From Paraphysomonas bandaiensis (Eukaryota > Protista > Chrysophyceae): a stretch of 64,000 bases of DNA. Of the stretch, positions 28,403-42,811 are shown in pieces. A program made the position numbers and the translations under genes. How positions within the stretch are numbered: the first letter of the stretch is position 1; each line of letters begins with the position of its first letter. The DNA is taken from assembly GCA_965644295.1 (NCBI GenBank), contig CBFFRP010000119.1, positions 1 through 64,000 on the forward strand, read 5' to 3'. The notes under the pieces are model-generated. The model saw only the letters and a program-made list of their open reading frames with translations. It was not told where the DNA came from and searched no databases.

Positions 28403-29077
28403 TCACATTGAAAATTTCAAGCATCTAGTTTCCTTGTGGTGATTACTACAGCGTGAGCTACAGTATCTCATTCCACACCGCGAGCAAGAGTAGGTGCCCC
28501 AAAATCCACACACTGAGCAAAAGTGGCGGGTAGGTAGAACCGAAGGGTTAGCAGTAACAGAAATATATGACACCCCCGTTGATTGCTGAGACGAAAAAAT
28601 CTGAGAATCTAATATTCTATCAAGTTCCCTGACTTTCCTTACGCTTCTGAATATATAGACAGAGACAATAAACTCATAGTGTAGAATTATCGAAGCAGTC
28701 ATTACCTAGAGAGTGAGGCACCACTCTTCGCCCTCACTTTACGCTTTTTTGTTTTAGCCTCTTCCTGCCCTACTATCAATATAAAACACAAGAAACGCTT
28801 TACGTACATTGTCGTCAGAGTAATCATCATCGTCTGCAGTGGTAGTCGGCTCATCGTTGTAGTTATCAGCCTCCAGCATCCGGAGTCGCTTATCTTTGGC
28901 CTGTGATGGGTATCTAAACCACATGTATAGAATATTAAAACTATACCGACCTCTTTTCTAGTATCGGAATCGACCTTTCTCATGGCCTTACTGACGACTG
29001 TCGTCCGAGCTAAGAAACACACATATTACTCAAGCAAATATACATTGCAACTTTTTACTTGAAGTCCTTTTCGACAT
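28403..29077 (-). CDS. ZNHIT1: SWR1 complex subunit ZNHIT1/Vps71/SWC6, multi-exon
   Basis: RLRMLEADNY motif; HIT zinc finger PTRHFCSVCGFWGTYSCSRCGMRYCSSRCSNHHKETRCLKF. Confidence 0.9.
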
Positions 29078-29606
29078 GGCTATCAACAACTACCACAACA
29101 AGAACGGCTACTCGACAGTTAATTCAATCCTCTGAGTGTGTTCGATTCTTATGGTCGTAGTAATATATGAAAACAGGAAATGGACAGGTAAACTATGGAG
29201 CGAGTTGCACCTGATTGTCAATATGATGGCGGACATCTGCCTGTAGTCCATGATGTGTATTCCGTATTCCAATGGATATCTACTTCGCTCCTACTACAAA
29301 TAAAGTATCCGGTATTTCCTGTACTGTAGAGTGAGAATACATTAAAAAAAGCTGTATTGTTGAAATGTTCTGTCCCTTCAAGATACAGCGGGTTGTTCAA
29401 TTTCCATCACCATCACCAGGCACGGCAGTTACGATATTTGTTGAGAGATTTTCAGCGTATAATATTTCATGAAGAGTTTGTGTGTGCAGTTTACTTGATA
29501 CATAGCCGAGGATAACTACTTACTCACTCACTGTTGACACAGTGGAAGTGATTTATTCACTTACAACAAAATATAGAAATAGTACACGTGCCGACTTCTT
29601 CTAGAA

Positions 29607-32600
29607 ATGAAGTCATGCACGAACTCCAAATCGAGAAACCGAAGAAAGCTAAAGAACTTCGAGTGGACAGATGAAGCTATTCAAAATGTTGCAAACAGTG
29701 ACTTGGCACCCCCTAGCAGCGGCGTTGAAGACATGGAAGCTAAAATTGCTCGTGTACAAAATAGAAAAAGGGAAGCCCTTGAGCGGGAGAAACGTCGTGC
29801 CCTTATGCCACCCCCGCTTCCGAAGCCCACAAATACACTGAGTTTGAATATTACCTGTGATGATACAGAGAATCCGTCATTGGTGTTAGCAGAAACCTTA
29901 AATTCGCATTTCCAAAGCCTTTTAGAATCTTCTACTCACTTAGCTTTACCTTCAGTGGCACAATTTCCACTATATATGTTTGATGATTCGTCTTATGATG
30001 AAGTGCTTATTCCGCCTGCGAAATTTAGCGATGCAGTTTGTTTGGTATCTGATAGCGGTCCAGAAAATTCACCTAGAGATAAAAGCATGGGATCATGGCA
30101 ACAATGCACAGTTACTAAACGTAATTTACAAGGCAAGTTCGAAATTTGCTTTGTGTCCAGTCGTGGAGTGGATGAGGTTCGGATTGTGTCGAGTTTCTGT
30201 GTTTGTTTTGTCTCATATGATGTCGAGACTTACGCTGCTCGAGTTGTTGACGCCCTCAACCGGCGCTTTTCGTGCGTTCATATACTGCGGTATTATAACT
30301 ACATATCAAGTATGCCCCATGAAGAGTCGGTAATAGCATCGTTGTCCCATGCTCAAGGTGGGCGTATCAAGATTAGGGCAAAGGACTACAAGCGCATAAA
30401 AGGGAAACTGATTGCTGAGCACACTGACTCTCCGTCGGCACAAGTGGCAAGCGAACACATGCACAGAGCTTTGGATGGCTTAATTCGTGAGACTACTGAC
30501 GACTATATTCTAGTGATGAAGAAAATTGTTTTTGATGCCAACATGCTCAGCGCCACGAACAAATCACTCAAGGAGGAGCTCCGACTGCCATCAAGTTTTT
30601 TCAGAAAGGATAAAGTACCAACTTGTGCTGTAGTACCTATTCCTTCTCATAATATGAAGGCAACAATAGCATGTTTGGATCCCCACTCATTTTTAAGCTC
30701 CAGCGAGGCACTGACAGCATTGCAAGGGTCAGTGGAAGAAAATTGTTTAGTCCGTGGGCACGTCATCCAGGAGTTCACTTACGACAAACCGTACACTCTT
30801 ATGAAGTTTGAGCGGGCAATGTCCGAGTTACAGATGCGTAGTGTGCGTATTATTAAACAAGACTGGCCCCAGGAGTCAGCGGGATTAATTCGACAGGCAT
30901 TCGGAGGAAGTCGTGTTCCTGGAGAAACGGGAGCTGCTCCTGGACCACATGTAGATACCACTCACCCGCAGTTCTACGACATATACATTCGCAGTTCACA
31001 CGACTACGAAGTATCGAAAAATCCAATCAAAAAACTACTGGAGCGTATTAATTTTATGATGAGTGACTGCCTATCTAACTTGATGAAGGATTCTCTACAT
31101 GCCTTCACGACAAATATTGTAGAAATGTGCGCGTGTCCAGTTGTAATAAAGTCGGTTGATTGTATTGAAGTACAACATCACTTCGCGAGAACCCCAGGTG
31201 GTGCAATTGAGCCATCTATATACAAACGAAGGGGATACCCCCCGTTATTTTCCTGTACTTTGAATATCACAGCTGAAGAGTGTGTGACTAACCAAGATGC
31301 TATCGACGCTGCAGAAGCGGCAATTGCCGCTTGGCATGAGTCCTCGGAGGGTCAGGACCCTGATGCCAAGTGTCCAATATCACCTGCGGAACCCGTTATG
31401 GGTAAAATGATCGACTTCAACAACCAGCCTTCTCAGTTTAAGGAAGTAATTTTAAATGTATTCGATGGTATGATCGAAGAGTTTCAGGACATGCCGCACA
31501 TTCAAAAGCATGTTATGGAGAAAATATTTTTCCCTAATTCCCGAGTGGTTCACACTATCACATCTGATCTTGACTGGGTACAGAAGTATCGACAGGATAT
31601 TTCCGATGCTCTTGATACATGCCTTGCGCATCTGAAGAAATATCATATGCTCTATAGGAAGTATGAAAAAGTTGCCAATCTCGACCCCGATACTTATATT
31701 GAGGCAAGAATAAGTGTCCAGAAGAGCGACCCAGAGAGCCAGGAGATAGAGCTACCAGTTACAGTCAATCTTAATCAATTGAAAGAGGTTGCACGAGAAC
31801 ACCTAACTGCGATAAAGGACATCGAAGAGCACTTACCAACTGCCCATTTGGACTGTGGTCTGTTTTCAATTGACGTTTCATCGTTACGTTCGAATTTGTT
31901 AGACCTTCATAACAATATTGTCAAGCTCATCATGAGAAATCACACTGCTCACTGTATGGATATTTGCCAGTATCTGGATGAAGAGTTCCGTAAAGTGATG
32001 AAGAATTTAAGCAAGAGACCTGAGGATATTGAACAGTTGACTGAACTAGAGGAGACTGTAGCTGGTGTGCATAACTATATTGCTCCACTTGAGGCTGGAA
32101 TCAAGGACATGATGGCATATCATGATGTTCTAGAGCAATTTGGATTTAAAGTAGACGTGGATCACAGTAATTTTAAGTGGACAGTATTCAAACTACCAGT
32201 TAAAGTTCATGCTAAATGTGAGGAAGTTGCTACTAACAATGTTAATATTAAACGTCGATTTCATGACGAAATGCTCGACGACCAACGCATGTTTGTTAAA
32301 ACTCTTCAAGAAATCGAAAAGGATGTTGTAGGGCTGGAAAACTATGTCGATGTTGCTGATGTTGACTTCGTGTTTGAGCGTGTCAAACAAATTGAGTCCA
32401 GGCTCGAGGCCGCAAACGAAAAGGCTCGTCTATTTAATAGCCGTGAGGGTTTGTTTGATACTGACGTCACTGACTACGAGGACCTTTCTCGTGTTGGAAA
32501 ACTATTTGAACCATATTCATTTCTATGGAGTACGACGAAAGAATGGGCGGACTGTCATAAGAAGTGGACGACGGGTAAATTTGTTGATCTTGATGCGGAG

Positions 32601-35600
32601 TTCGTTGAAAGTGAAGTGGAAAGACACAATCTCGCTATCACTCGTGCTTTCAAATACTTCAGTAAGCAAGCGGATATGGACCGACAAACTGATATTGCTA
32701 GCACGATCAAAGAACAAATAGCTGCTTTTAAACCTGAAGTCCCTGCCATTGTTACTCTTCGCAATCCGGGTATGCGTGACAGACATTGGGAAGCTATCGC
32801 TAGTACTCTTGGTGTGGATATAATGCCTATTGAGCGTTTCACTACGGAAGAGGTTCTTGCCATGAACCTGAAGGACAGCCTTGAGACAATACAAAAGATT
32901 GGTGAAAGTGCCGCTAAAGAGTTTCAGATCGAACAAGCTCTTGATAAAATGGAGAAAGAATGGGAGGATAAACTCTTGCAGATTCATCCCTATCGAGAAA
33001 CAGGAACTGGTGTGTTGAAAGGAATAGATGACATCAATGTTGTCTTAGATGAGCAAATCACAATGGCACAGACCATAATGTTTTCTGCGTTCAAGGGGCC
33101 GTTTGAAGAACGTATTGACGAGTGGAACCGAAAACTTTGCTCTGTCTCTGATTGTCTTGAAGTGTGGGTAGCAGTTCAGCGGAACTGGCTTTACTTGCAG
33201 CCTATTTTCGAATCGGCGGATATTAATCGTCAGCTGCCTACTGAGGGGAAGAAATTTGCTACGGTAGACAAGAATTGGAGGGGGACGATATCATCTGCAA
33301 AAGTTAACCCCAAAGTTCTTGAATTTTGTGACAATGAAAAGTTACTAGAGCGCTTCAAGGAGAGTGAAATATTGTTAGATCAGGTGCAAAAAGGACTATC
33401 TGACTATTTGGAGACAAAACGCTCTGTGTTCGCAAGATTTTACTTTTTGTCTAATGATGAGCTCCTTTCAATACTTTCTGAAAGTAAAGATGTCAACCGA
33501 GTTCAACCTCACTTGAAGAAGTGCTTTGAAGGAGTTGACAAAGTCAAGTTCATGAAAGATCTTAAGATTGATCGGATGATTTCCCCTGAGGGCGAAGAAG
33601 TTATGCTACTTGATCTTGTCAATCCTGTTGAGAAAGGCGTGGAACAATGGATGTTGGAACTCGAAGAAATGATGAGGCTATCTGTCCGGGATGTACTACG
33701 ACAAGCAATTGAGGACTACCTGGTAACGCCCAGACCTGAATGGATGCAGATTTGGCCAGGAATGTGTGTGTTAAACGGGTCTCAAATGCATTGGACGAGG
33801 GAAATGGAGACTTTGTTTGAGACCGAGAAAGGTAATGGACCGAAACTGTTTTTGCAACAACAAATTAGCCAGCTAGCTGATATGACTGTTCTTGTTCGTG
33901 GACAGCTTGGTAAAGCCGCCCGTGTCACTGTGGGCGCGCTCACTGTTATTGATGTTCATGCGAGAGATGTCATCAAAAAGTTGGTAGATGAAGATGTTGA
34001 CACTAAGGATAACTTTGGTTGGACTTCACAATTGCGTTACTACTGGGATGGAACGGATTTGACTGCCCAGATGGTCGCTGCCAGACGCCCATATGGTTAC
34101 GAGTACTTAGGCAACACTTTTCGCCTCGTAATCACCCCCTTAACTGATAAGTGCTACCTAACCTTGATGGGGGCTCTTCAGATGATTTTTGGTGGTGCCC
34201 CGGCTGGGCCTGCTGGAACTGGAAAGACTGAAACTACAAAAGATCTTGCGAAAGCCCTAGCAATGCAATGTGTCGTGTTTAATTGCTCTGACGGATTGGA
34301 TTATATTGCGATGGGAAAATTTTTTAAAGGTCTTGCAGCTTGTGGTGCTTGGGCGTGTTTTGATGAATTCAATCGAATCAATATTGAAGTTCTCTCAGTG
34401 ATTGGTCAGCAGATCATGTCTATTCAAATGGCAATTAGAGCTAAGGACACAAGAATAGTTTTTGAGGGCAGTGATATAGCATTGAATCCAGGTTTTGCCG
34501 TTTTTATTACCATGAATCCTGGGTATGCAGGACGATCTGCACTTCCGGACAGCTTGCAAGCTCTATTTCGACCAGTGGCAATGATGGTTCCAGACTACGC
34601 ACTGATTGGTGAAATCATGTTTTTTGCGTATGGGTTCGAGTATGCCAAAGAATGTGGTGCCAAGATGGTTACAACATTTAAGTTGTGCTCTGAACAGCTG
34701 TCAGCGCAGCCTCATTATGATTATGGGATGCGAGCTGTAAAAACAGTGATCACAGCTGCCGGGAATCTGAAGCGAGCCGAGCCAGAAGCGGATGAAATGG
34801 TTCTTTTACTTCGGGCTCTACAAGATGTAAATATTCCGAAATTTTTGGAAATGGACCTTCCTCTATTTGGAGGTATAATATCAGACCTTTTTCCTGGTCG
34901 ACAGCGACCAACTCTTGATTACGGCGATTTGATGGCAACTATGAAGGCACAGATACATCGGTTTGGTTTACAACCGTTGCCGTTTTTTATTTCGAAGGTT
35001 ATTCAGTTGTACGAGATGATTGTTGTTCGACACGGGCTCATGGTAGTCGGCCCCACTGGTGGTGGAAAGTCCCGAAATATTCATATCTTGGAGGAAACTT
35101 TGGGTTCACTGAAGGATCAAGGTAAAACAGGATTCGCATACGAGCATTGTAAGATATTTCAACTTAACCCAAAGTCTATTACAATGGGCCAAATGTATGG
35201 CGAATTCGATCCGAATACTCTTGAGTGGAGAGATGGGATTATGTCGACTATGTACAGAAATGCCACGGTAGATACACCGGATAGGAAGTGGATGTTATTC
35301 GATGGGCCTGTGGATGCAATTTGGATTGAGAATATGAACACCGTTCTTGATGACAACAAAAAGTTATGTCTAAATTCGGGTGAGATTATAAAGATGAGTT
35401 CTGAAATGACAATGATGTTCGAAGTTGAAGATTTGGCTGTAGCATCTCCGGCTACCGTATCTCGTGTCGGTATTATTTACATGGAACCGAAAGGTTTGGG
35501 ACTAGATGTTCTTGTTCAAAGTTGGCTGGACGCATTGCCAACCACTGTACCACAGCTGGTCAAGAATAAGCTCACATACCTGTTTGATACCTATCTGCAG

Positions 35601-38600
35601 CCTGCTATATCGTTTTTGCGGACGAATTTACGGGAGTTGGCTCCAACTGTCGACAACAACTTGGCCGAATCGCTGATGCGTATATTAGATTGTTTTTTTG
35701 AGCCTTTTGTCGTTGAAGAAAATAAACCAGCCCCTACGGACATTATGCTCGCTGACATTGTTACTTGCATAGATGCACATTTCATTTTCGCACTTGTATG
35801 GAGCATTGGAATTACTGTTAATGATGACGGAAGGAAGATGTTTGATTCATTCATCCGAAATGAATGTGTAGCTAACAATATTGCCTATCCTTTTCCCAAG
35901 GGTGGAATGGTTTATGACTACTTATACTCCTTGGATTCGAAGAAATGGATCAAATGGATGGAAATAATTGATCCGTACGAAATTGACGCGAAAATGTCGT
36001 TCTCTGAAATTATAATCCCGACTACTGACTCAGTCCGTAACACTTACATATTAGATTTATTGCTTACCAATAACAAACATGTGCTTATGGTTGGTGAAAC
36101 TGGGACTGGAAAAACTATCAATATTAACCAGTATTTGATGGGTGCTTCGAAAGTTCGGGGGAAAGTGGTAGACTCGAATGTAATCCCTATTGCGATGACT
36201 TTTTCCGCTAACACTAGTGCTAATCTGACGCAAGATACACTAGATAGTAAGATGGACAAGAGGAGGAAAGGTGTTTACGGGCCTGCTGCTGGAAAGCGTT
36301 TTTATATTTATGTTGATGATCTGAATATGCCGAAGAGGGAAGAATACGGTGCGCAGCCGCCAATTGAACTCTTACGGCAGTGGTTTGACCAGGGTGGGTG
36401 GTACGATAGGAAGGATTTACTTTTCCGCCGTATAATTGATTTGACCTTCGTTGCCTCCATGGGCCCTCCTGGTGGTGGCAGACAAGATGTTACACCCAGA
36501 TTTATTCGACACTTCAATATGATTGGTTATGTCGAGATGTCAGATTCATCGAAAAGTCACATATTTGGTACGATATTGCGGAATTTCCTCTCAAGATTTG
36601 AAGGGGACTTAGCTAACCTTACGGATGACATTGTGACGGCTAGTATCGATGTGTTTTCGACCATTGTTAGAGAGCTTCTTCCTACGCCTAGCAAATCGCA
36701 TTACACTTTCAACCTTCGTGACTTGGCTAAAATATTTCAGGGTATGCTGATGGCAACTGATCCGAAACAACTGAACACGAAGGAACAGTTAGGACGATTG
36801 TGGGTTCACGAAGCCTATCGCGTATTTGGTGACCGTCTCACATGTGATGAAGACCGAGAGTGGCTACGGTGCAAGGTCCAAGATAAGATCGAAAATACAT
36901 TCAAAATGAATTGGTCGGAAACTGTTCCCAGAGAACGACTGGTGTATGGTGACTTCATGAATATAGGTTCAGATAATAGAGTATACGAAGAAATTCCATC
37001 AATGGATAATATGAAGAAAGTAATAGAAGAGTACCTTGCTGAGCACAATGCTGAATCGAAACAGCCCATGCCTTTAGTGTTGTTTCAAGATGCCCTGGAG
37101 CATGTCGCTCGTATCGCGAGAGTGTTGCGACAACCACAGGGAAATTGTTTGCTTCTTGGTGTTGGAGGCAGTGGTCGTCAAAGTATGACGAAACTGGCCA
37201 CTTATGTATCTGGGTTTTCATTGTTTCAAGTCGAGATCATAAAAGGATACACGTTAAATGATTGGAGAGAGGACTTGAAAACATGTTTAATGCAGGCTGG
37301 TGTAAAAGGAAAAATGACCACGTTTTTATTTTCTGACGTACAAATTATTGATGAGCGGATGGTGGAAGATATCAATAATATTCTGAATGCTGGTGATGTT
37401 CCGAATTTGTACGCCCCCGAAGATTTAGAAGCCATATCTAGTGCTTGCCGAGTTGAATGTCAGAAACGTAAAATACCACCGACAAAGCTTAACATATTTA
37501 CACAATACATCACGAGGGTGCGTCGCAACATTCACCTATGCGTCTGTATGTCTCCATTGGGTGAGACATTTAGAAACCGATTGCGCAACTTTCCTGCGTT
37601 AGTCAACTGCTGTACGATTGATTGGTTTACGAACTGGCCTGCTGAAGCTTTACAGTCTGTTGGACTCTCGATATTGCAGTCTGCAAATCTTGGTTTAGGA
37701 AAATATGAAGAACCTGTGGTGGAGGTATTCAAGAACATACATATGAGCGTGGAGGTCAAATCAGCTGAGTATTATGAAATGCTCCGACGCAGGAATTATG
37801 TCACTCCGACTTCGTATCTAGAATTATTAAGTAGTTTTGGAAAACTTCTTGGAGTGAAGAAGTCCGAAATAGCGACGAAGAAAGATCGACTGCAAATTGG
37901 TTTAGATAAGTTATCAGAAACAAAAGGAATGGTGAGTGTAATGCAAGAGGAGCTCACTGTTCTCCAGCCCCAGATTGTGAAAACACAGGCCGAAGTAGCT
38001 GATATGATGGTTCAAATTACGAAAGACAAAGCATCTGCTGCTGAAACCAAAGCAACTGTTGAAGTTGAGGAGGCTAATGCAAATGAGAAAGCTGCTATTG
38101 CAAAGGCCATTGCCGACGACGCCCAGCGCGATCTGGATGAAGCATTGCCTGCTCTTGAAGAAGCTGTGAAGTGTCTAAACGATTTAAAAAAAGCAGACAT
38201 TGATGAAGTTAAAAGTCTTAGAACTCCACCCAGTGGAGTTGTTTTGACCATAAAAGTGTGCTGTTTAATGTTTGAGGTCAAGCCAGTGAAGAAAAATGAT
38301 CCAAATACACCAGGAAAGAAAATTGATGACTACTGGGAAGCTGGGCAAAAGAACCTTCTGTCAGACGCAAAAACTTTCTTGAGCAGTCTGTTCTCGTTCG
38401 ATAAAGATAATATACCGGATCGTGTTATTAAACAAATAGCCCCGTTTATGGACGATCCGAGTTTTACTCCAGCTGCAATTGAGAAAGCTTCGAAAGCTTG
38501 CACTGCAGTTTGTATGTGGTCCCGGGCCATGTATAAATACCACTTCGTTGCCTTAGGAGTAGCCCCGAAGAGAGCGAAACTGAAGGAAGCTGAAGATGAG

Positions 38601-41600
38601 CTCGCTGTCGTCATGGCTGCTCTGGCGAAGAGTCAGGCGCAGTTAAAAGCTGTTAACGACCGTCTTTTTGAACTCGAGAGTGCATACAATGAAGCAGTAG
38701 AGAAGAAAGATCAGCTAGAAAAGAAAGAAGCTCAGTGTAAGATGCAACTCAGCAATGCTGACAAGCTAATCGGTGGATTGGGTGGTGAAGAAACACGTTG
38801 GACGGAAACTGTTGGGTTGCTGAAAGCGGCGCTCGTCAATGTTTTAGGTGATGTTGTTGTCTCGGCTGGAACGATATCGTACCTAGGAGTTTTTTCTTCT
38901 GAGTTCCGAAACAGTTTGGTATCATCGTGGCAGGAGTCATTGAAGTCTTTCGATATTCCACATACTGCTGGTTGTAATCTTGAAACTACTTTAGCTGATC
39001 CTGTAAAGCTCCGAGCATGGCAGCTTTTTTCATTGCCAAGTGATTCTTTGTCAAGTCAAAATGGAATAATCATGGACAATGCCAGAAGGTGGCCACTTTT
39101 AATTGATCCTCAAGGGCAAGCGAACAGATTTATCCGGCAAATGTCGAAAGATAAAGACTTCGCCGAAAATGGTATGGATGTCGTCAAACTTTCAGATAAG
39201 AATTTCCTTCGCACTTTGGAGAATGGAGTCCAATTCGGCAGATGGGTTTTGCTTGAGAATATACTTGAATCGCTTGATGCTGCTTTGGAGCCTATTTTGT
39301 TACAACAGAAATTTAAGCAAGGGGGACAGGAAATGATGAAAATTGGAGATAACGTAATTCCATACAACGATACATTTAGATTTTTTATGACCACAAAGCT
39401 CTCTAACCCCCATTATCCTCCTGAAGTGCAAGTGAAGGTGTCGCTTCTAAATTTTACCATTACTCTTGGTGGGTTGGAAGAACAACTTCTAAATGTTGTT
39501 GTTGAAAACGAGCTCCCCGAGTTATCTGAACAAAAAGCAAATTTGGTTATCCAGAATGCGGCAATGAATAAACAGCTATACGATATTGAGACAGAGATAT
39601 TGCGATTACTATCTAATTCTACTGGTAATATTTTGGACGATACTGTCTTGATTGAAACATTAGCACAGTCGAAGCTAACGTCCGAAGAAATTAAAACGAA
39701 GATGCAAGAAGCTAGTGTTATTGAGGAAGAGATAATGAAACAAAGTGAGCTTTATCGGCCTGTTGCTAAAAGGGCATCACTGCTGTATTTTGTTTCTGCG
39801 GATCTCGGAGATGTGGACCCGATGTATCAGTACTCGCTGCCATGGTTTACTATGCTTTTTGTACGAGGTATTGGACAGGCAGCCCCAGCTGCAGATATAG
39901 AACAACGAATAGTAAACCTCAATGAGTATTTCACGTATTCTGTATATCAGAATATTTGTAGATCGCTGTTCGAGAGACATAAGCTGCTATTTAGTTTTAT
40001 ATTGTGCGTAAAGATATTGCAAGGCGAGGATATGATCGATGGTTCTGAGTATCGCTTCCTTCTTTCTGGAATATCTCCTGGGCATGTTGACTGCCCTCTT
40101 CCCGAGAGTTCGTGGCTAGAGCGAAACGTATGGAATGACATATGTGAAATGAGTGGGTTACCAGCCTTTTCTTCTCTCCCTGAGTCATTTTCGAAAAATA
40201 TAAAAGCATGGAAAGCTGTTTTCGATTCTTCAAATCCTCATGAACAGCCATTTCCGAAGCCCTGTGACGAATTAACTGAGCTGCAGCGTTTGTGTGTTTT
40301 ACGGTGCTTAAGACGTGATAAAGTTGAATTTGGAATGCAAAGGTTTATTGTGAAGTATATTGGAGAGAAGTTTATAGACCCCCCTGCTTTTGATTTGAAG
40401 ATATGCTACAATGACTCTATCACGACGACTCCGTTGATATTTGTTCTCTCTTCGGGTTCTGATCCTAACAAAGAGTTAGATCTCTTGGCTGATGATATGA
40501 ATATGAGTGACAGGTTAAAACGTATCGCTCTCGGACAAGGGCAGGGTAAGAAAGCAAGTGCGTTAATAGAGAAAGGGTGCATCAATGGCGACTGGGTTAT
40601 GCTTCAAAATTGCCATCTCTCCATATCTTGGATGCCCACGCTGGAGCAAATATGTGAAAATTTCGAACCTGAGCGCATACATCCTGAGTTTCGTTTGTGG
40701 TTAACGTCAATGCCATCGGAGCATTTCCCAACTGCTGTATTGCAGAATGGTGTTAAAATAACGAAGGAACCACCGAAAGGAATGAGAGCGAACTTGAAAA
40801 ATACGTACGCCAAGTTGAACAATGACGATTTGAGGAAAACTGATAAACCAGTTGCGTTCCAAAAGTTACTCTTCGGTTTGTCATTTTATCACGCTCTTGT
40901 CGTCGAACGGAAAAAGTTTGGCCCTCTGGGCTGGAATATACCTTACGAGTTTAATGATACCGATATGGATATATCTGCTGCGCAGTTAGCCCTATATGTA
41001 AGCTCGTATTCGGAGATTCCATACAAAGTGTTGCAGCAGCTTACATCTGTTGTCAATTATGGTGGTCGAATTACTGATGATAAGGATATGCGTACTAGTG
41101 ATATTATCGTAGCCGATTTCTTCACGCCCGATATACTCAAGAATGACTATAAATTTTCGAGGTCTGGCTTGTATTACTCCTATGTCGCAGACCCGGATGC
41201 ACCTCATAGCTCGTATATGGAGTATATCGAATCTTTTCCACAGAATGCAGAGCCTGAAGTATTTGGAATGCACGATAATGCCAACATAACCTGTGCTATT
41301 ACTGCTGCTGATGATGCCTTTGCGATTATTCTTTCCTTACAGCCTCGTGTTGCGTCCGGGGGATCAGTCTCTAGAGAAGATCTAATAATCGAAATGGCCC
41401 GCTCCACGCAACAATCTCTTCCTCAGCAGTATGATGTGGAAGGAATATCGATGTTGTATCCAACGGATTACCATGAATCTATGAATACGGTTTTGGTTCA
41501 AGAAGCCCAGCGTTACAACCGTCTGTTGAAGGTGTGTTCTACATGTTGTTAAATTATATTCTTATTTGATATATAACTATATAGGGCATGCATAGTTCAC

Positions 41601-42340
41601 TGAAGGAGTTACAAAAGGCACTTAAAGGACTAGTTGTGTTGTCTGCTGAGTTAGAAAAAATGGGTAATGATATGTTTGATCAAAAAGTTCCAGCTGGATG
41701 GACAGCGAGGGCCTACCCCTCGCTGAAACCACTAGGTCCATGGACGAAAGATTTATTACAGCGCCTGAGCTTTTTACAAGAATGGATTGACAATGGAACG
41801 CCGTCATCATTCTGGATATCTGGCTTTTTCTTTCCCCAGGGTTTCCTCACCGCCATATTGCAAAATTTTGCAAGAAAGCACCAAATGCCTATTGACACTG
41901 TATCATTTTCATTTGTCTTGCAAGATGTAGTTGATGGTGGTGATGAAAGCAAACTTCCGAAGCCTGAGGATGGGTGTTATATATATGGCCTCTTTCTTGA
42001 AGGTGCTCGCTGGTCCAGTGACGAACAATCATTGGTTGATCCGAAGCCTAAAGAATTATTTGCGCCGATGCCTGCTATTCACATGCTGCCCCAGCAAAAT
42101 CGTGAAGCACCATCAGGAGGTATTTATAGATGTCCAGTGTATAAAATTCTCACTAGAACTGGCACACTATCTACCACTGGACACTCAACTAATTTTGTTA
42201 CTTGGATTGAGATTCCCAGCGACAAACCCACAATATGGCGTTCATCCCTTGTGTCGGAAACTAATGCACAAATTAAGTTTTGCGATCAAGATTATTGGAT
42301 TAAGGCCGGCGTGGCGTGCTTTTGTGCTCTCCGCTATTAA
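29607..42340 (+). CDS. Axonemal inner-arm dynein heavy chain (DNAH1-like); exons 29607-41531 and 41585-42340
   Basis: P-loops GPAGTGKT, GPTGGGKS, GETGTGKT, GVGGSGRQS; YGYEYLG, CFDEFNRI, LQNCHL, RWPLLIDPQGQA; one 53 nt GT-AG intron; shorter single-headed-type tail. Confidence 0.97.
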
Positions 42341-42775
42341 AACTGTCCCTTGTCGAGAGAATTTTGCTTTTTCTTGTGCGTAGTAAATGCTTCATTGTAT
42401 GATGACTAGTATTAATGTAACTTTCTTGAATAATTGGAACTAATAAATTACGACTGTGATATAATAGACTTTTCACAAATGCTTGTCTGTTTTGCTTTTG
42501 TACTGATTGTGTTCTCGTTACTCTGTCATTTAACGGGATGGTTGTTTTCAGGGGAGCCATAGTGACATAGTGACGGATTTATTTCACCAGTATTAAAATC
42601 TACTGTTAGACCTGGTCTACCTTATTCCTGTTGAATCTACTGTGCGTATGACCACCCTCTTCTACAACTTAAGCTTCAAAATTCTGTTTTATAAACACAA
42701 CATGTCGTTATAACGATATATGAGTTTTGCTGTTTGTGAGCAATTAAGAATTGTATATCTAAGGTAGTTTTGAAT

Positions 42776-42811
42776 CAGGGCAAGGGAAAAATATATTGAT
42801 TGGTGGACCAG
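42776..42811. mobile_element. Terminal remnant of hAT family B
   Basis: cagggcaagggaaaaatatattgattggtggac matches the reverse complement of the family B end at 55630-55694. Confidence 0.6.
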
